Source of the DNA: Nitrospiria bacterium
GTDB taxonomy: Bacteria; Nitrospirota; UBA9217
Assembly: GCA_919902495.1 (NCBI GenBank)
Contig: CAKKRC010000045.1
Location: 3,162 to 67,161 of the forward strand
DNA length: 64,000 nucleotides
Direction: 5' to 3'
Part shown: positions 9,646 to 21,389 of the stretch, piece by piece
Position numbering within the stretch: the stretch's first letter is position 1
How the letters are laid out: each line of letters opens with the position of its first letter
Notes under the pieces: model-generated
Database searches by the model: none
Seen by the model: the letters and a program-made list of their open reading frames with translations, nothing else
What the model was told of the DNA's origin: nothing
Made by a program: the position numbers and the translations under genes

Positions 9646-10878
9646 ATGTTTACCATCTCACCCAGCTTAACGGACCTCAAGGTCAAGGAACGGAACATCT
9701 ATAAGATGCTCTACTCCATGAACAGTCCGCAGGTCGCCACGCCGGAGTTGAGCGTCGAAGAGGCGCGGTGCTACGTGTTGTTCTTCAGCGAAGGACCGAA
9801 CCTTTCCGCATACATCGGGCTCTACCTTCCCAGGATCGACCGGAAGATCTTCTATGCGTACACCTCCAACCCCTTTCCTTTTGAGGCGGCGCCTGATGTG
9901 GAATTCGAAGCAACAGGCTTTGCTGAAGATATGGGTTTCTTGCTCGACGAGATCAGCGTGAGCGGTATGCCGGCCGATGACCGGAACAGGTGGATCGAGG
10001 AACAGTATATCTTCGGCTACAAGAAACCTGACCTCTCAGATGACAACGTCACCATCACGAAAGCGGAAAACGTCAAATCCGCCCTGACCGAAAAAGAAGA
10101 GGCCCGTGAGGCACAGGCAAAAGCGGAGCAGGCGGTAAAGGCCGCCCCCGCAAAGCCTGTTGAACCGTCACCGGCGCCGATCGTGGAACCGGTGCCTCAC
10201 CTGGAAATGCCGGTGCTGCATCCGGAACCGGCTCAGCCTCAGCCTCCGGTCCAGCCACCACCTCAGGCACAGCCGCCGCAGCAGCAGCCCTATCCACTGT
10301 ACCAGCAGCCGGTTCCCCAGCAGGGCCAGCCCATGCAGCCGCCGTATCCGCCTCAGCAGCCTATGCAGCCGCAATATCCGCCGCAGCAGGTACCCCAGCA
10401 GGGCCAGCAGTACCCCCCGCAGCCATACGGCCAGCCGCCGCAACCGTATGGCCAGCCGCAACAGCCGTATGGACAACCGCCCTATGGGCAGCCACAGCAG
10501 TATCAACAACCGTATCCCCAGCAGGGCCAGCCGATGACACCTCAATATCCGATGGCTCCGCCCCAACCGCCGCCGGTCTTTGAGCAGCCCGCCGCACAAC
10601 CGAAAAAAGCGCAGCCGCCTCAGCAGGCCAAGGCGCCGCAGAAGAAAAAGGTGCAGAAGGCCCCGGAACCGGTGCCTGAAGAGTTGTTCGAGGAAACGGT
10701 TCCCGTCGAATTGGACGCGGCGCCTGTGCAGCAGCGGTCTGCCAATGTGTTCGAAGAGGCGCTGAGGGAAGGTGTGGTGAAACCGCCGAAGCCGAAGACC
10801 TCCAAGGCGGTCCGCCCCGCATCGGGCGTCGTACCACGGGACAAGGAAGCGCTCGCTCGACTGCTCGCGTCGTTCTGA
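9646..10878 (+). CDS. Hypothetical protein with globular N-domain and long P/Q/Y-rich low-complexity C-terminal region
   Basis: 410 aa. Residues ~190-330 are dominated by QPYGQP / PQQ / QQGQP repeats, ending in a K-rich tail. Confidence 0.6.
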   Translation: MFTISPSLTDLKVKERNIYKMLYSMNSPQVATPELSVEEARCYVLFFSEGPNLSAYIGLYLPRIDRKIFYAYTSNPFPFEAAPDVEFEATGFAEDMGFLLDEISVSGMPADDRNRWIEEQYIFGYKKPDLSDDNVTITKAENVKSALTEKEEAREAQAKAEQAVKAAPAKPVEPSPAPIVEPVPHLEMPVLHPEPAQPQPPVQPPPQAQPPQQQPYPLYQQPVPQQGQPMQPPYPPQQPMQPQYPPQQVPQQGQQYPPQPYGQPPQPYGQPQQPYGQPPYGQPQQYQQPYPQQGQPMTPQYPMAPPQPPPVFEQPAAQPKKAQPPQQAKAPQKKKVQKAPEPVPEELFEETVPVELDAAPVQQRSANVFEEALREGVVKPPKPKTSKAVRPASGVVPRDKEALARLLASF

Positions 10879-11011
10879 TCGAACAGTACTTTCTTTCGAT
10901 CCCGTATTGATTTAGTGCCCGGGTCAGAGCGGGCAGGGTAGCGATATGCTGCTGAAATGTACGCGGAATGGTCAACGTGATCATGGTTGCCGGGGAATTA
11001 AAGGAGACTTC

Positions 11012-11782
11012 ATGATGAGAACGATAGCTGTCATTCTGCTTCTGGTGCTTGCCGGTTGTGCGACCACCGGTACAAGCGATAACAGCAAGATGGCCGAAGG
11101 GTACTATAATCGCGGGATCAATCATCTCCAGACAAAGGATTTTGAAAAGGCCATGGTCGAGTTCCAGCGCTCGATCAACACCGATCCAAAGTACAAGATG
11201 TCCTATTATGCCATGGGCATGGTCTATGACATGATGGGGAAATTCAGCGATGCGGAAAAATACTATAAAGAAGCGATCGACATCGATGCCGAATTCTCCG
11301 ATGCGTACAATTCACTGGGCACCATCTATATGAAGCAGAAGAAATGGAAGGAGGCGTTGAAGGCCTTCCAGAAGACGCTCCAGAATAAAATGTATTCGAC
11401 CCCCAATATCACCTATGTGAACATAGGGGATGTGTACTTGAACCTCGAGGACTACCCAAAGGCAATAGAAGCTTACCGGGAGGCGAAGCGGTACGCGAAT
11501 CAGGATTATATCATTTACCGTCTCGGGATGGCCCTTTCCCGCGCAGGAAGAACGAAAGAGGCTATAACGGAACTGCAGGAGGGTGTTGCGCTGACCCCGA
11601 AAAATCCCGATATGCGTCTTGCGCTCGGACTTGCGCTTCTTAAGGACGGGAACAAGAGCGCGGCGAACTCCGAGTTCAAAAAGGTTGTGGAGTATGCTCC
11701 GCAGAGCGATGCGGCAAAGACCGCACGAGACTATATCCTCACCCTCGAAACCGATGCGGTGAGAAAGCAGAAGACCAGGTAG
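11012..11782 (+). CDS. TPR-repeat lipoprotein (PilF/PilW-like)
   Basis: RBS AAGGAG then MMRTIAVILLLVLAGC lipobox. Multiple TPR repeats (AMGMVYDMMGKFSDAEKYYKEAIDID...). Sits upstream of rodZ as in the pilW-rodZ-ispG synteny. Confidence 0.7.
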   Translation: MMRTIAVILLLVLAGCATTGTSDNSKMAEGYYNRGINHLQTKDFEKAMVEFQRSINTDPKYKMSYYAMGMVYDMMGKFSDAEKYYKEAIDIDAEFSDAYNSLGTIYMKQKKWKEALKAFQKTLQNKMYSTPNITYVNIGDVYLNLEDYPKAIEAYREAKRYANQDYIIYRLGMALSRAGRTKEAITELQEGVALTPKNPDMRLALGLALLKDGNKSAANSEFKKVVEYAPQSDAAKTARDYILTLETDAVRKQKTR

Positions 11783-11797
11783 AACGAAGGAAACGGA

Positions 11798-12736
11798 ATG
11801 GGCACATTAGGATCTTATTTTCGGAATGCTCGTGAGGCCAGGGGGCTTGACCTTAGGGATGCTGCGCAGCAGACCCGCATCAGCATCAACTACCTGAAGG
11901 CCATCGAGCAGGAGGATTTCTCCAAATTGCCTGGAGAGGTCTTCGTCAAGGGATTCCTTAAGAACTATGCGCGGTTCCTTCGTCTTCCGGAAGATGAGGT
12001 CGTGAAACGCTACGGGGAATGCATCAACCCCCCATCGGGTTCTGCACCGGCGGCTGTCCCGGCTGCTCCGAAAGCCGATGGTCAGAAGCACGGTGCCGTT
12101 GAGATGCGGGCGGAGCATGCTGAGGTGACGCAGCCGGGCGGACCGAGCCTGGAGCCTTTCCTGTGGGGCGGGATCATTCTCGTCGGTTTAGTCCTGTTCT
12201 TGCTTGTCGCATTGCCGGCGAGCAAGTCTGTTCATGAGCGCGGTAAAGTGGTGTCCTCCCGCCCCACGGCGACCGACAGCGTTTCTACGGTAACGACAAG
12301 CACTGCAGAAACCGAAAAACTCTACCTCGAGATCATTGCGCAGGAGGATGGGTGGGTGCTCGTGAGGACCGATGCAAGCCCTCAGAAGAAGGCGGTCCTG
12401 AAAAAAGGCGAGGGCATCACCTGGAGTGCCGATGAGCGTTTTTTGCTGAGCTATGCAAGCGTTGGATCGCTGAAGATCATTTTGAACGGGAATGAATTGA
12501 CAGTGAACGGACCGAAGAACGCAGTGGTGCGGGACCTGATCGTCACCGCGAAGGGTATCGCTTTTCAGAAGGTAGAAGCGGAGCAGCCGCCACGGCCGCG
12601 CAAACCGAAGCCGTTGACCCAGGCTACCTCCACGGCTCAGCCGCCTGTGCAAACGGCGCCGGCGCCTCCTGCGGCCACCATCATCCCGCCGCCAACTGTT
12701 CCTCCGGCGGAACCGACAGTTCCGCCGCGCGATTGA
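11798..12736 (+). CDS. rodZ: Cytoskeleton protein RodZ-like (HTH_XRE + TM + DUF4115)
   Basis: N-terminal HTH LGSYFRNAREARGLDLRDAAQQTRISINYLKAIEQEDF, a single TM segment GIILVGLVLFLLVAL, then a proline-rich tail. Confidence 0.7.
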   Translation: MGTLGSYFRNAREARGLDLRDAAQQTRISINYLKAIEQEDFSKLPGEVFVKGFLKNYARFLRLPEDEVVKRYGECINPPSGSAPAAVPAAPKADGQKHGAVEMRAEHAEVTQPGGPSLEPFLWGGIILVGLVLFLLVALPASKSVHERGKVVSSRPTATDSVSTVTTSTAETEKLYLEIIAQEDGWVLVRTDASPQKKAVLKKGEGITWSADERFLLSYASVGSLKIILNGNELTVNGPKNAVVRDLIVTAKGIAFQKVEAEQPPRPRKPKPLTQATSTAQPPVQTAPAPPAATIIPPPTVPPAEPTVPPRD

Positions 12737-12818
12737 TGGTGTCTCCCGGACTGTTGGCTTGACAATGCCGTGTCATCTGGTATCATACAACTACATTAAC
12801 TCAGAAAGGGGATTTCCT

Positions 12819-13367
12819 ATGAAAAAGGTATTCGTGCTCATGGTTCTTATGCTGACGCTTCTTGCTGCTCCGGCTATGGCAAAGGAAGGGTTCTTTATCG
12901 GTGCATCATTGATACCATCCGTTGACATCTCGGGTGACGCCGGGAATGGGCTCAATGACGGGTCCGGCTACGGGTTCCGGTTGGGACTCGGATTCAGTAA
13001 GTACTTTTCGATCGAGGGTGTCCTGGAGAGAACGAAGCTGGACTGGACCGGAGGCGGCAAGATGGATATGGACGGTGTTGCAGTGAATGCGAGGCTGAAC
13101 TTCCCGCTCACCACCCTTGACAGTGCCAAGGTCATGTCCTTTGAACCCTATGTCCTGGCGGGGTATGGCAGGTACGAGGTCACGTCGGGTGGGCAGTCGA
13201 ACGACGGTAGCGGATTCCGATTAGGAATCGGCATCGAGCAGTATCTGTTCAAGGAACTTTCGGTCAACGTCGGATATACGAGTACCAGCGTTACCTTTAA
13301 TACGAATCCCGAAATGGACGGGACCATCCGGGTCATCGATATCGGCCTGATCTATCACTTCCTGTAA
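12819..13367 (+). CDS. Outer-membrane beta-barrel protein (OmpA-like barrel domain), paralog 1
   Basis: Signal peptide MKKVFVLMVLMLTLLAAPAMA. Alternating hydrophobic beta-strands and C-terminal aromatic YHF. Confidence 0.6.
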   Translation: MKKVFVLMVLMLTLLAAPAMAKEGFFIGASLIPSVDISGDAGNGLNDGSGYGFRLGLGFSKYFSIEGVLERTKLDWTGGGKMDMDGVAVNARLNFPLTTLDSAKVMSFEPYVLAGYGRYEVTSGGQSNDGSGFRLGIGIEQYLFKELSVNVGYTSTSVTFNTNPEMDGTIRVIDIGLIYHFL

Positions 13368-13487
13368 AGCGGGGAATGAAGTATTACCAGCCGGTCCTCA
13401 GAGAGGGCCGGCTTTTTTATTCTCTTTCTGTTCGTGATGATAGTTCGATGCCGTGGAAAAAGCTGCATCGGGCGGAGGTCGAGAGCG

Positions 13488-14036
13488 ATGGGCAGAACTA
13501 AGACGCTGATGATCTCAATGGTAGCGCTGCTAGTGCTCAACGGAGCTCCTGCTGCGGCAAAAGACGGCTTCTACCTCGGGGTCAATGTGCTGTTCAACGA
13601 TATCAGTGGCGATCTTGATACTTCGGCGAATGTTGAGGCAGGCCATGGCATGGGGCTTCACGGAGGATTTGGACTGAACCGGTATCTTGCGATCGAAGCG
13701 GGATATTGGAAAACGAAGCATGCTAATAGATATAGTGGAAGTGCTGCGGACCTGGAAGCCGGGACGATAGATATCAAGATCAACTTCCCTCTCGTCGAAA
13801 GCCATATCGAACCCTATCTCCTGGTCGGCGCAGGGAGATACACAATAGAGCAGAATAGATTGTCCGAGGATGGGAAGGGCGGCAGGATCGGGATCGGAAT
13901 GGACATCTATCTGTTTCCGGATATATCCTGCAATGTCGGGTTTACCCGGAACAATGTAACGTTCACGCGAAATTCTGCCGACCTGGACGGAAGGATCACA
14001 ACGATGGATTTTGGTATTACCTACCACTTCATTTAA
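13488..14036 (+). CDS. Outer-membrane beta-barrel protein, paralog 2 (tandem duplicate of 12819-13367)
   Basis: Signal peptide MGRTKTLMISMVALLVLNGAPAAA. Collinear similarity with the upstream paralog (GFRLGLG / GGRIGIGMD, ...ITYHFI end). Confidence 0.6.
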   Translation: MGRTKTLMISMVALLVLNGAPAAAKDGFYLGVNVLFNDISGDLDTSANVEAGHGMGLHGGFGLNRYLAIEAGYWKTKHANRYSGSAADLEAGTIDIKINFPLVESHIEPYLLVGAGRYTIEQNRLSEDGKGGRIGIGMDIYLFPDISCNVGFTRNNVTFTRNSADLDGRITTMDFGITYHFI

Positions 14037-14083
14037 GGCGGCACGTTAACATTATGCCAGCCGGTACCTTCGGGAACCGGCTA

Positions 14084-14524
14084 TTATTTTGTCCTGCTGC
14101 CTCTCATGTTCCGCACATGGCTGCCCTTCCAGTAGACCTTTCCGCAGTGCCCACAGCGCCAAAACTCAGTTACTGTCGCAACAACATGATCGGGAACGAG
14201 GTCGCGGGCATCTTTCCTGTCCAGCACCGATAGCTGCTCATTGCAGATGGAACAGCGGGTCAGCTGCCCACCGTCAGGCGGCGGGAACGCCTTAAGGACC
14301 TGGTGCAGTTGCTCGTCGACCAGGTCGCTTCCTATCAGGATGTGGTTTATCGCGAGAGGACGTGAGGCAAGGGCGGTGTCACGCGTCAGAATGATGCGGC
14401 CCTGGTCAAGCGCGAGGCGCAGGACGTCGTTGTTCCTGTATGCGGGATCATAGAGAACATCGAATCCAAGCAGACGAAGTCGCTTCGCAAGGCTGCCCAG
14501 CATGACATCGGCGATGAACATCAT
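14084..14524 (-). CDS. Mut7-C RNAse domain protein (DUF82-like, PIN-like N-domain plus C-terminal zinc ribbon)
   Basis: 146 aa. C-terminal CSICNEQL...RCGHCGKVYWKGSH Cys4 ribbon. Confidence 0.55.
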   Translation of the reverse strand: MMFIADVMLGSLAKRLRLLGFDVLYDPAYRNNDVLRLALDQGRIILTRDTALASRPLAINHILIGSDLVDEQLHQVLKAFPPPDGGQLTRCSICNEQLSVLDRKDARDLVPDHVVATVTEFWRCGHCGKVYWKGSHVRNMRGSRTK

Positions 14525-14628
14525 AGGAGCAAGTAGACAGTAGACAGGAAACAGTAGACAGGAGTGCGTAAAGGAGGCGTTCGTATCTTCATCATTGCCC
14601 TGTATACTATGTACCGTCTACTGTATTC

Positions 14629-17070
<2,442 letters not shown>

Positions 17071-17195
17071 AAGGTTTATATTACCACAAAGTCAGTTGAG
17101 GGCAAAGAAGGGAAGAGGGGGGAGGTGTATAAATAGAACGAGATTTTATTGTGGGAACACCGAGTTGAGCCGTTTCAGCGGCTCGAACGATATGG

Positions 17196-17810
17196 TTAGA
17201 GGTTTAAGAACTGAGTCGTATCTTCATCGAGTTTGATACTGTAATACTTGAGCAGGTTGGTTGCATTGGATCTAAAATTTGCTGTATCAAGAACGGATTT
17301 GAGAACGTTCTTTGCCTTCTCAAAATCATGACTTTTATACTGTGATATCGCTAGGCCTAATACGCTCGCTGGGTAACTTTGTATATTAAATGATTCATAA
17401 AAGACTCCCTGGGCCTTATCATATGCCTTGATGCCAAGGTATGCAAAACCTAGATTATTCAATGTTACGGGCACATTATATTTAACTGTATCTTTGTGTG
17501 CAATAACTAAGGACTTTTCGAACCAGGAAACGGCTTGAGTGTAATTACTACCTCTCATATCTATAAGACCTAAGAGAGTACAGGCATCACTGCTCTCCGG
17601 GTTAATATCAAGCGCCACATTTGCCATTTTTCTTGCCACATCATAGTCATTATTTTCGAACCATCGCCAGGCAAAATCCATAGCTTCTTTATCATTATGA
17701 ACTACATAACCTGGCCCCGTATGGACTTTATGGCAACTAATCACAGCAGTAAGAGCTAGAATAGGCAATAAAAATCCGAGTGTCCATATTGTGCTCAAAG
17801 TTGTTTTCAT
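17196..17810 (-). CDS. Hypothetical TPR-like lipoprotein in AT-rich segment
   Basis: 204 aa. Signal peptide with lipobox ISC. The ~17.1-17.95 kb segment has markedly lower GC than its neighbours. Confidence 0.5.
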   Translation of the reverse strand: MKTTLSTIWTLGFLLPILALTAVISCHKVHTGPGYVVHNDKEAMDFAWRWFENNDYDVARKMANVALDINPESSDACTLLGLIDMRGSNYTQAVSWFEKSLVIAHKDTVKYNVPVTLNNLGFAYLGIKAYDKAQGVFYESFNIQSYPASVLGLAISQYKSHDFEKAKNVLKSVLDTANFRSNATNLLKYYSIKLDEDTTQFLNL

Positions 17811-17954
17811 GTTTTGAAACCTCTAACCAGTTGTTGTCTATCCGCAGCCAAGTCGTAAAGAATGGATTTCCGTTCTTTACCAGTTTAGCAGGAGCATTAC
17901 CAATTTTACTTCAATTGATATAGCCACATCAATAGATCGATGGCGAATATGTAC

Positions 17955-19046
17955 CTATTTTCGTTTATAGAAAGGGAGTTCAATGATCTTTGCCGCTATT
18001 TCCTTGTCCTTGACCTCGATCTCGATCTCCTGCCCCGGCTGGGCGTATCGTGTCAATACATAGCCGAGGCCGATATCCTTGCGGATATGGGGGGAGTGAT
18101 TGCCGCTGGTAGTTGAACCGATCTCGCGGTTCTCGGAGAAAATGGTACCGCCGAGCTTTGGTATACCCTTGTCGTACAGTTCAAATCCTACCAGTTTAGA
18201 AGGGATCGGTTCACCAGTACGCTTCATGATTGCGTCTTTTCCGAGGAATGATGTATGGAGGTCGACGACGTGCATGAGACCAGACTCGACCGGCGTACGG
18301 GTCTCATCGATGTCGATGCCGTACTGCACATATCCTGCTTCGAGTCTCAGGATGTCCCTGCTGGTCATTCCGCACGGCAGGAGACCGGAGCTGGTTCCGG
18401 CTTTTAGCAAGGCGTCCCAGAGAACGACGGCCTTGTCAGCGGGAACGAAAAGCTCGTATCCCCGTTCTCCCGTAAAGCTGGTCCGGGTCACCATAACGGG
18501 GACGTCAACCAGCGTTATCGTCTTCAGATGTTTCTGCTTGATCTTTTTAAAGTGCGCTCCGGATAGTGCTTCGAGGACCGATTCGGCATGCGGACCCTGC
18601 AGGGCGAACTGCGACACGGTCGCTGTAAGGTCGCTTATGACCGCATTCCCCGGGGCGTTCTTCTTGAGCCATGCCAGGACCATGTCCGTGCTGACGGCGT
18701 TGGTGGTGATGAGGAACCGCTTTCCCAGACCCTCGGGCGTCAATTTGAAAACGAGCACCGTGTCCAGAATGAAGCCGGACTCGTTGCAGAGGAGGCCGTA
18801 GAGAGCAGTGCCCTCGCTCATCTTGGATATGTTTCGGGTGAAGATCGACTGGAGAAGGGCTTCCGAGCCGGCGCCGGTTACCTCGATCCTGCCAAGGAAC
18901 CCGACATCGAATAATCCGGACGCGCCCCTGACCGCATGATATTCATCGGTGGGGTCTGAAAAATGGGCGGGCAGCTGCCATCCCTGGAATTCGGTCATTT
19001 TTGCGGCGGCCTGCGAGTGAACTGAGTTGAGCGCAGTCTGTTTCAT
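17955..19046 (-). CDS. Aminomethyltransferase (GcvT) family folate-binding protein
   Basis: 363 aa. GcvT-like N-terminal region (GLFDVGFLGRIEVTGAGSEALLQSIFTRNI) and C-terminal barrel. Confidence 0.6.
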   Translation of the reverse strand: MKQTALNSVHSQAAAKMTEFQGWQLPAHFSDPTDEYHAVRGASGLFDVGFLGRIEVTGAGSEALLQSIFTRNISKMSEGTALYGLLCNESGFILDTVLVFKLTPEGLGKRFLITTNAVSTDMVLAWLKKNAPGNAVISDLTATVSQFALQGPHAESVLEALSGAHFKKIKQKHLKTITLVDVPVMVTRTSFTGERGYELFVPADKAVVLWDALLKAGTSSGLLPCGMTSRDILRLEAGYVQYGIDIDETRTPVESGLMHVVDLHTSFLGKDAIMKRTGEPIPSKLVGFELYDKGIPKLGGTIFSENREIGSTTSGNHSPHIRKDIGLGYVLTRYAQPGQEIEIEVKDKEIAAKIIELPFYKRK

Positions 19047-19280
19047 CGGTCTCTCCGATCAGGGAACGCCGTGATGTCAGTATGGAGAACGAAACATTAG
19101 TGTGGTGCTTTGTTAAATACTACTGAAACTGAAATCACCCCACCTAACCTCCCCTTTGTAAGGGGAAGGACGTATTGCCCCTCCTTGCCAAGGAGGGGTT
19201 GGAGAGGTGGTTCGAACAAAGACAGCTATGGGACTTTTTCAGCTACCTGATGGGAAGAAGGTCTGCTACCTATCGCGGGA

Positions 19281-20345
19281 TCATTCTTTCACGCGGAACC
19301 GCTCCGGGTCGCGCTTGGGGTCGGATAGATGATGGAGGTCCTGGGGCTTGAAGGCGCCCTTCTCGGTGATGATGGCCGTGATGTAGCGGGCCGGGGTGAT
19401 GTCAAATGCCGGGTTCAGCACGGTCACGCCGTCCGGGGCGATCTGGGTCTTCCCGAGAACATGGGTCACCTCGCGGGGGTCGCGCTCCTCGATGGGGATA
19501 TCGAAGCCCGTCGCGGTGTTGTAGTCGATGGTAGAAAAGGGGGCGGCGACATAGAAGGGGATGCCGTGTTCCTTGCACAGTACCGCCAGGGGATAGGTAC
19601 CGATCTTGTTCGCCACATCGCCGTTCCGGGCAACGCGGTCCGCGCCGACGATGGCGACGTCTACCATATCGTGCTCCAGAAGATAGCCTGCCATGTTGTC
19701 CGTGACCAGCGTGCAGGGGATCTTCTCTTCCATAAGTTCCCACGCCGTAAGCCGCGCGCCCTGGAGCACCGGCCGGGTCTCGTCAACATACACATGTATC
19801 TTTTTGCCTTCCTCGACTGCCGCCCGCATCACCCCTTCGGCGGTCCCGTATCCGGCCGTGGCGATCGAACCGGCGTTGCAGTGCGTGATGATGTTGTCCT
19901 CGTCGGAGACAAAGGCCGCGCCGAAGGCCCCGATCCTCTTGTTGGTCGCGATGTCCTCGTCGATCATCTTTTGCGATTCCTTCACGAGGAGCTCGCGGAT
20001 GGCGTCGAGAGAAAAGTCCTTGTTCTTCTGCACGAACGATTTAATGCGGTCGATCGCCCAGAAAAGGTTCACCGCCGTGGGCCGCGTGGCGGCCATCTCG
20101 GCGCAGATCGCTTCGAACTTCGGCCAGAACTCGTCGAACGACGATGCCTCGACCTCACGGGCGCCGAGGGCAAGGCCCATAGCCGCCGAAACGCCGATGG
20201 CCGGTGCGCCGCGGACCCAGAGCTCCTTGATGCCCCGGGCGACGGTCTGGTAGTCCTTGCACTCCTGGTATACGGTCTCGAAGGGGAGTTTGGTCTGGTC
20301 GAGCATCATGACGATGCCGTTCTTCCACTCTACGGTGGGGATCAT
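19281..20345 (-). CDS. mtnA: S-methyl-5-thioribose-1-phosphate isomerase (eIF-2B alpha/beta/delta family)
   Basis: 354 aa. LWVRGAPAIGVSAAMGLALGA and GADRVARNGDVANKIGTY are typical of MtnA. Confidence 0.8.
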   Translation of the reverse strand: MIPTVEWKNGIVMMLDQTKLPFETVYQECKDYQTVARGIKELWVRGAPAIGVSAAMGLALGAREVEASSFDEFWPKFEAICAEMAATRPTAVNLFWAIDRIKSFVQKNKDFSLDAIRELLVKESQKMIDEDIATNKRIGAFGAAFVSDEDNIITHCNAGSIATAGYGTAEGVMRAAVEEGKKIHVYVDETRPVLQGARLTAWELMEEKIPCTLVTDNMAGYLLEHDMVDVAIVGADRVARNGDVANKIGTYPLAVLCKEHGIPFYVAAPFSTIDYNTATGFDIPIEERDPREVTHVLGKTQIAPDGVTVLNPAFDITPARYITAIITEKGAFKPQDLHHLSDPKRDPERFRVKE

Positions 20346-20460
20346 GAAAAGTCTCCTTTTAATAAAAAGCGCTATTTGTAGGTTGTACTATAAAGGATGG
20401 AGGCGAACTTGTCAAAAAAAATCTGGGAAAAAGGGCGATTAAACTTCGAAAGAAGGAGTA

Positions 20461-21369
20461 TCAGGAACAGGACTGGACCGCAAGCGTTCCGGAACGGCCG
20501 TCAACAAGCCCGGGGACCAGGTCGCATGAGGGAATGGAGGCCGGATCGTTCAGGAGGCCCGCGGCCAGGTCGCGCAGCAGCACGATGCGGACCGAACGGG
20601 ACCTTGTTCGCTCCAGGAACTGCCGGAACAGGGCGAGATACTTCATGCCTTCCAGTTCCGTGTGAATGGTGAGGACATTGGGAATGGAGGGTTTCAACAG
20701 GGAGAGATAATGATCAATAAGACGCTCCCCGGGATATTCCGGACGGCCGAGGAGTTCGTCCAGTGTAGGGAGTGTTGTCGGTATCTGGAGCGTCTTGAAC
20801 GTCCGTCCGCCTACTCTAGGGAAGAAAGGATGGGTACCGCGTGCATCGCTCGCATAGAGGAGACCTGCTTCGTCATACACCCCGAGGCTCAAGGCATTGG
20901 CCTGCCAACCCGCGGCGCCGGCCGTTCGCGCGGGCTCGCCGAATATGCGTTCGAACTCCATTCGGGCCTTGCCGAACTCCTCGCTGACCTCCGACGCGGT
21001 CATCGTCATCAGACCGTCCTGCCAGCGGATATGATCGTAGCAGTGAATGCCCGGCTCATGCCCTTTGTCCCGAACGAGACGTATCACGGTCTCGTTCCGC
21101 CGGCCCACGTGCGGCCCGGGGAGCAGCACGCCGTTCATCAGCGTCCTGATGCCGTAAGTGCTGACCACGCTGGTGCGGGAGACCTTGGAGAAGAAACCCG
21201 GACGGAAGATGCGTTTGATGGCGCGGCCGGTGTTGTCCGGTCCCAGGGAAAAGAGGAATGTCGCCTTGATGTCGAACTCGTCAAACAGGAACAGGAGGTT
21301 GGGGACGCCGATGCGCGTTCCGCGGTCCGTATCGATGTCGACCTTGATGGCGAGGATGGTCTCAGACAT
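20461..21369 (-). CDS. arnD: 4-deoxy-4-formamido-L-arabinose-phosphoundecaprenol deformylase (polysaccharide deacetylase family)
   Basis: 302 aa. N-terminus LAIKVDIDTDRGTRIGVPNLLFLFDEFDIKATFLFSLGPDNTGR matches the ArnD pattern. Last gene of a complete arn operon. Confidence 0.75.
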   Translation of the reverse strand: MSETILAIKVDIDTDRGTRIGVPNLLFLFDEFDIKATFLFSLGPDNTGRAIKRIFRPGFFSKVSRTSVVSTYGIRTLMNGVLLPGPHVGRRNETVIRLVRDKGHEPGIHCYDHIRWQDGLMTMTASEVSEEFGKARMEFERIFGEPARTAGAAGWQANALSLGVYDEAGLLYASDARGTHPFFPRVGGRTFKTLQIPTTLPTLDELLGRPEYPGERLIDHYLSLLKPSIPNVLTIHTELEGMKYLALFRQFLERTRSRSVRIVLLRDLAAGLLNDPASIPSCDLVPGLVDGRSGTLAVQSCS

Positions 21370-21389
21370 GGTATCCGGCTAACACAAGA

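Noticed and set aside
10160-11125. Arg/Ser-rich and Ala/Pro-rich ORFs overlapping the PQ-rich gene (10160..10537 +, 10168..10599 -, 10361..11125 -)
   Set aside because: They are alternative-frame translations of the CAG/CCG-rich repeat region. The PQ-rich frame is the one continuous with a globular N-domain and a proper start.
19329-20381. 350-aa plus-strand ORF overlapping mtnA
   Set aside because: Antisense shadow ORF. mtnA on the minus strand has clear family motifs.
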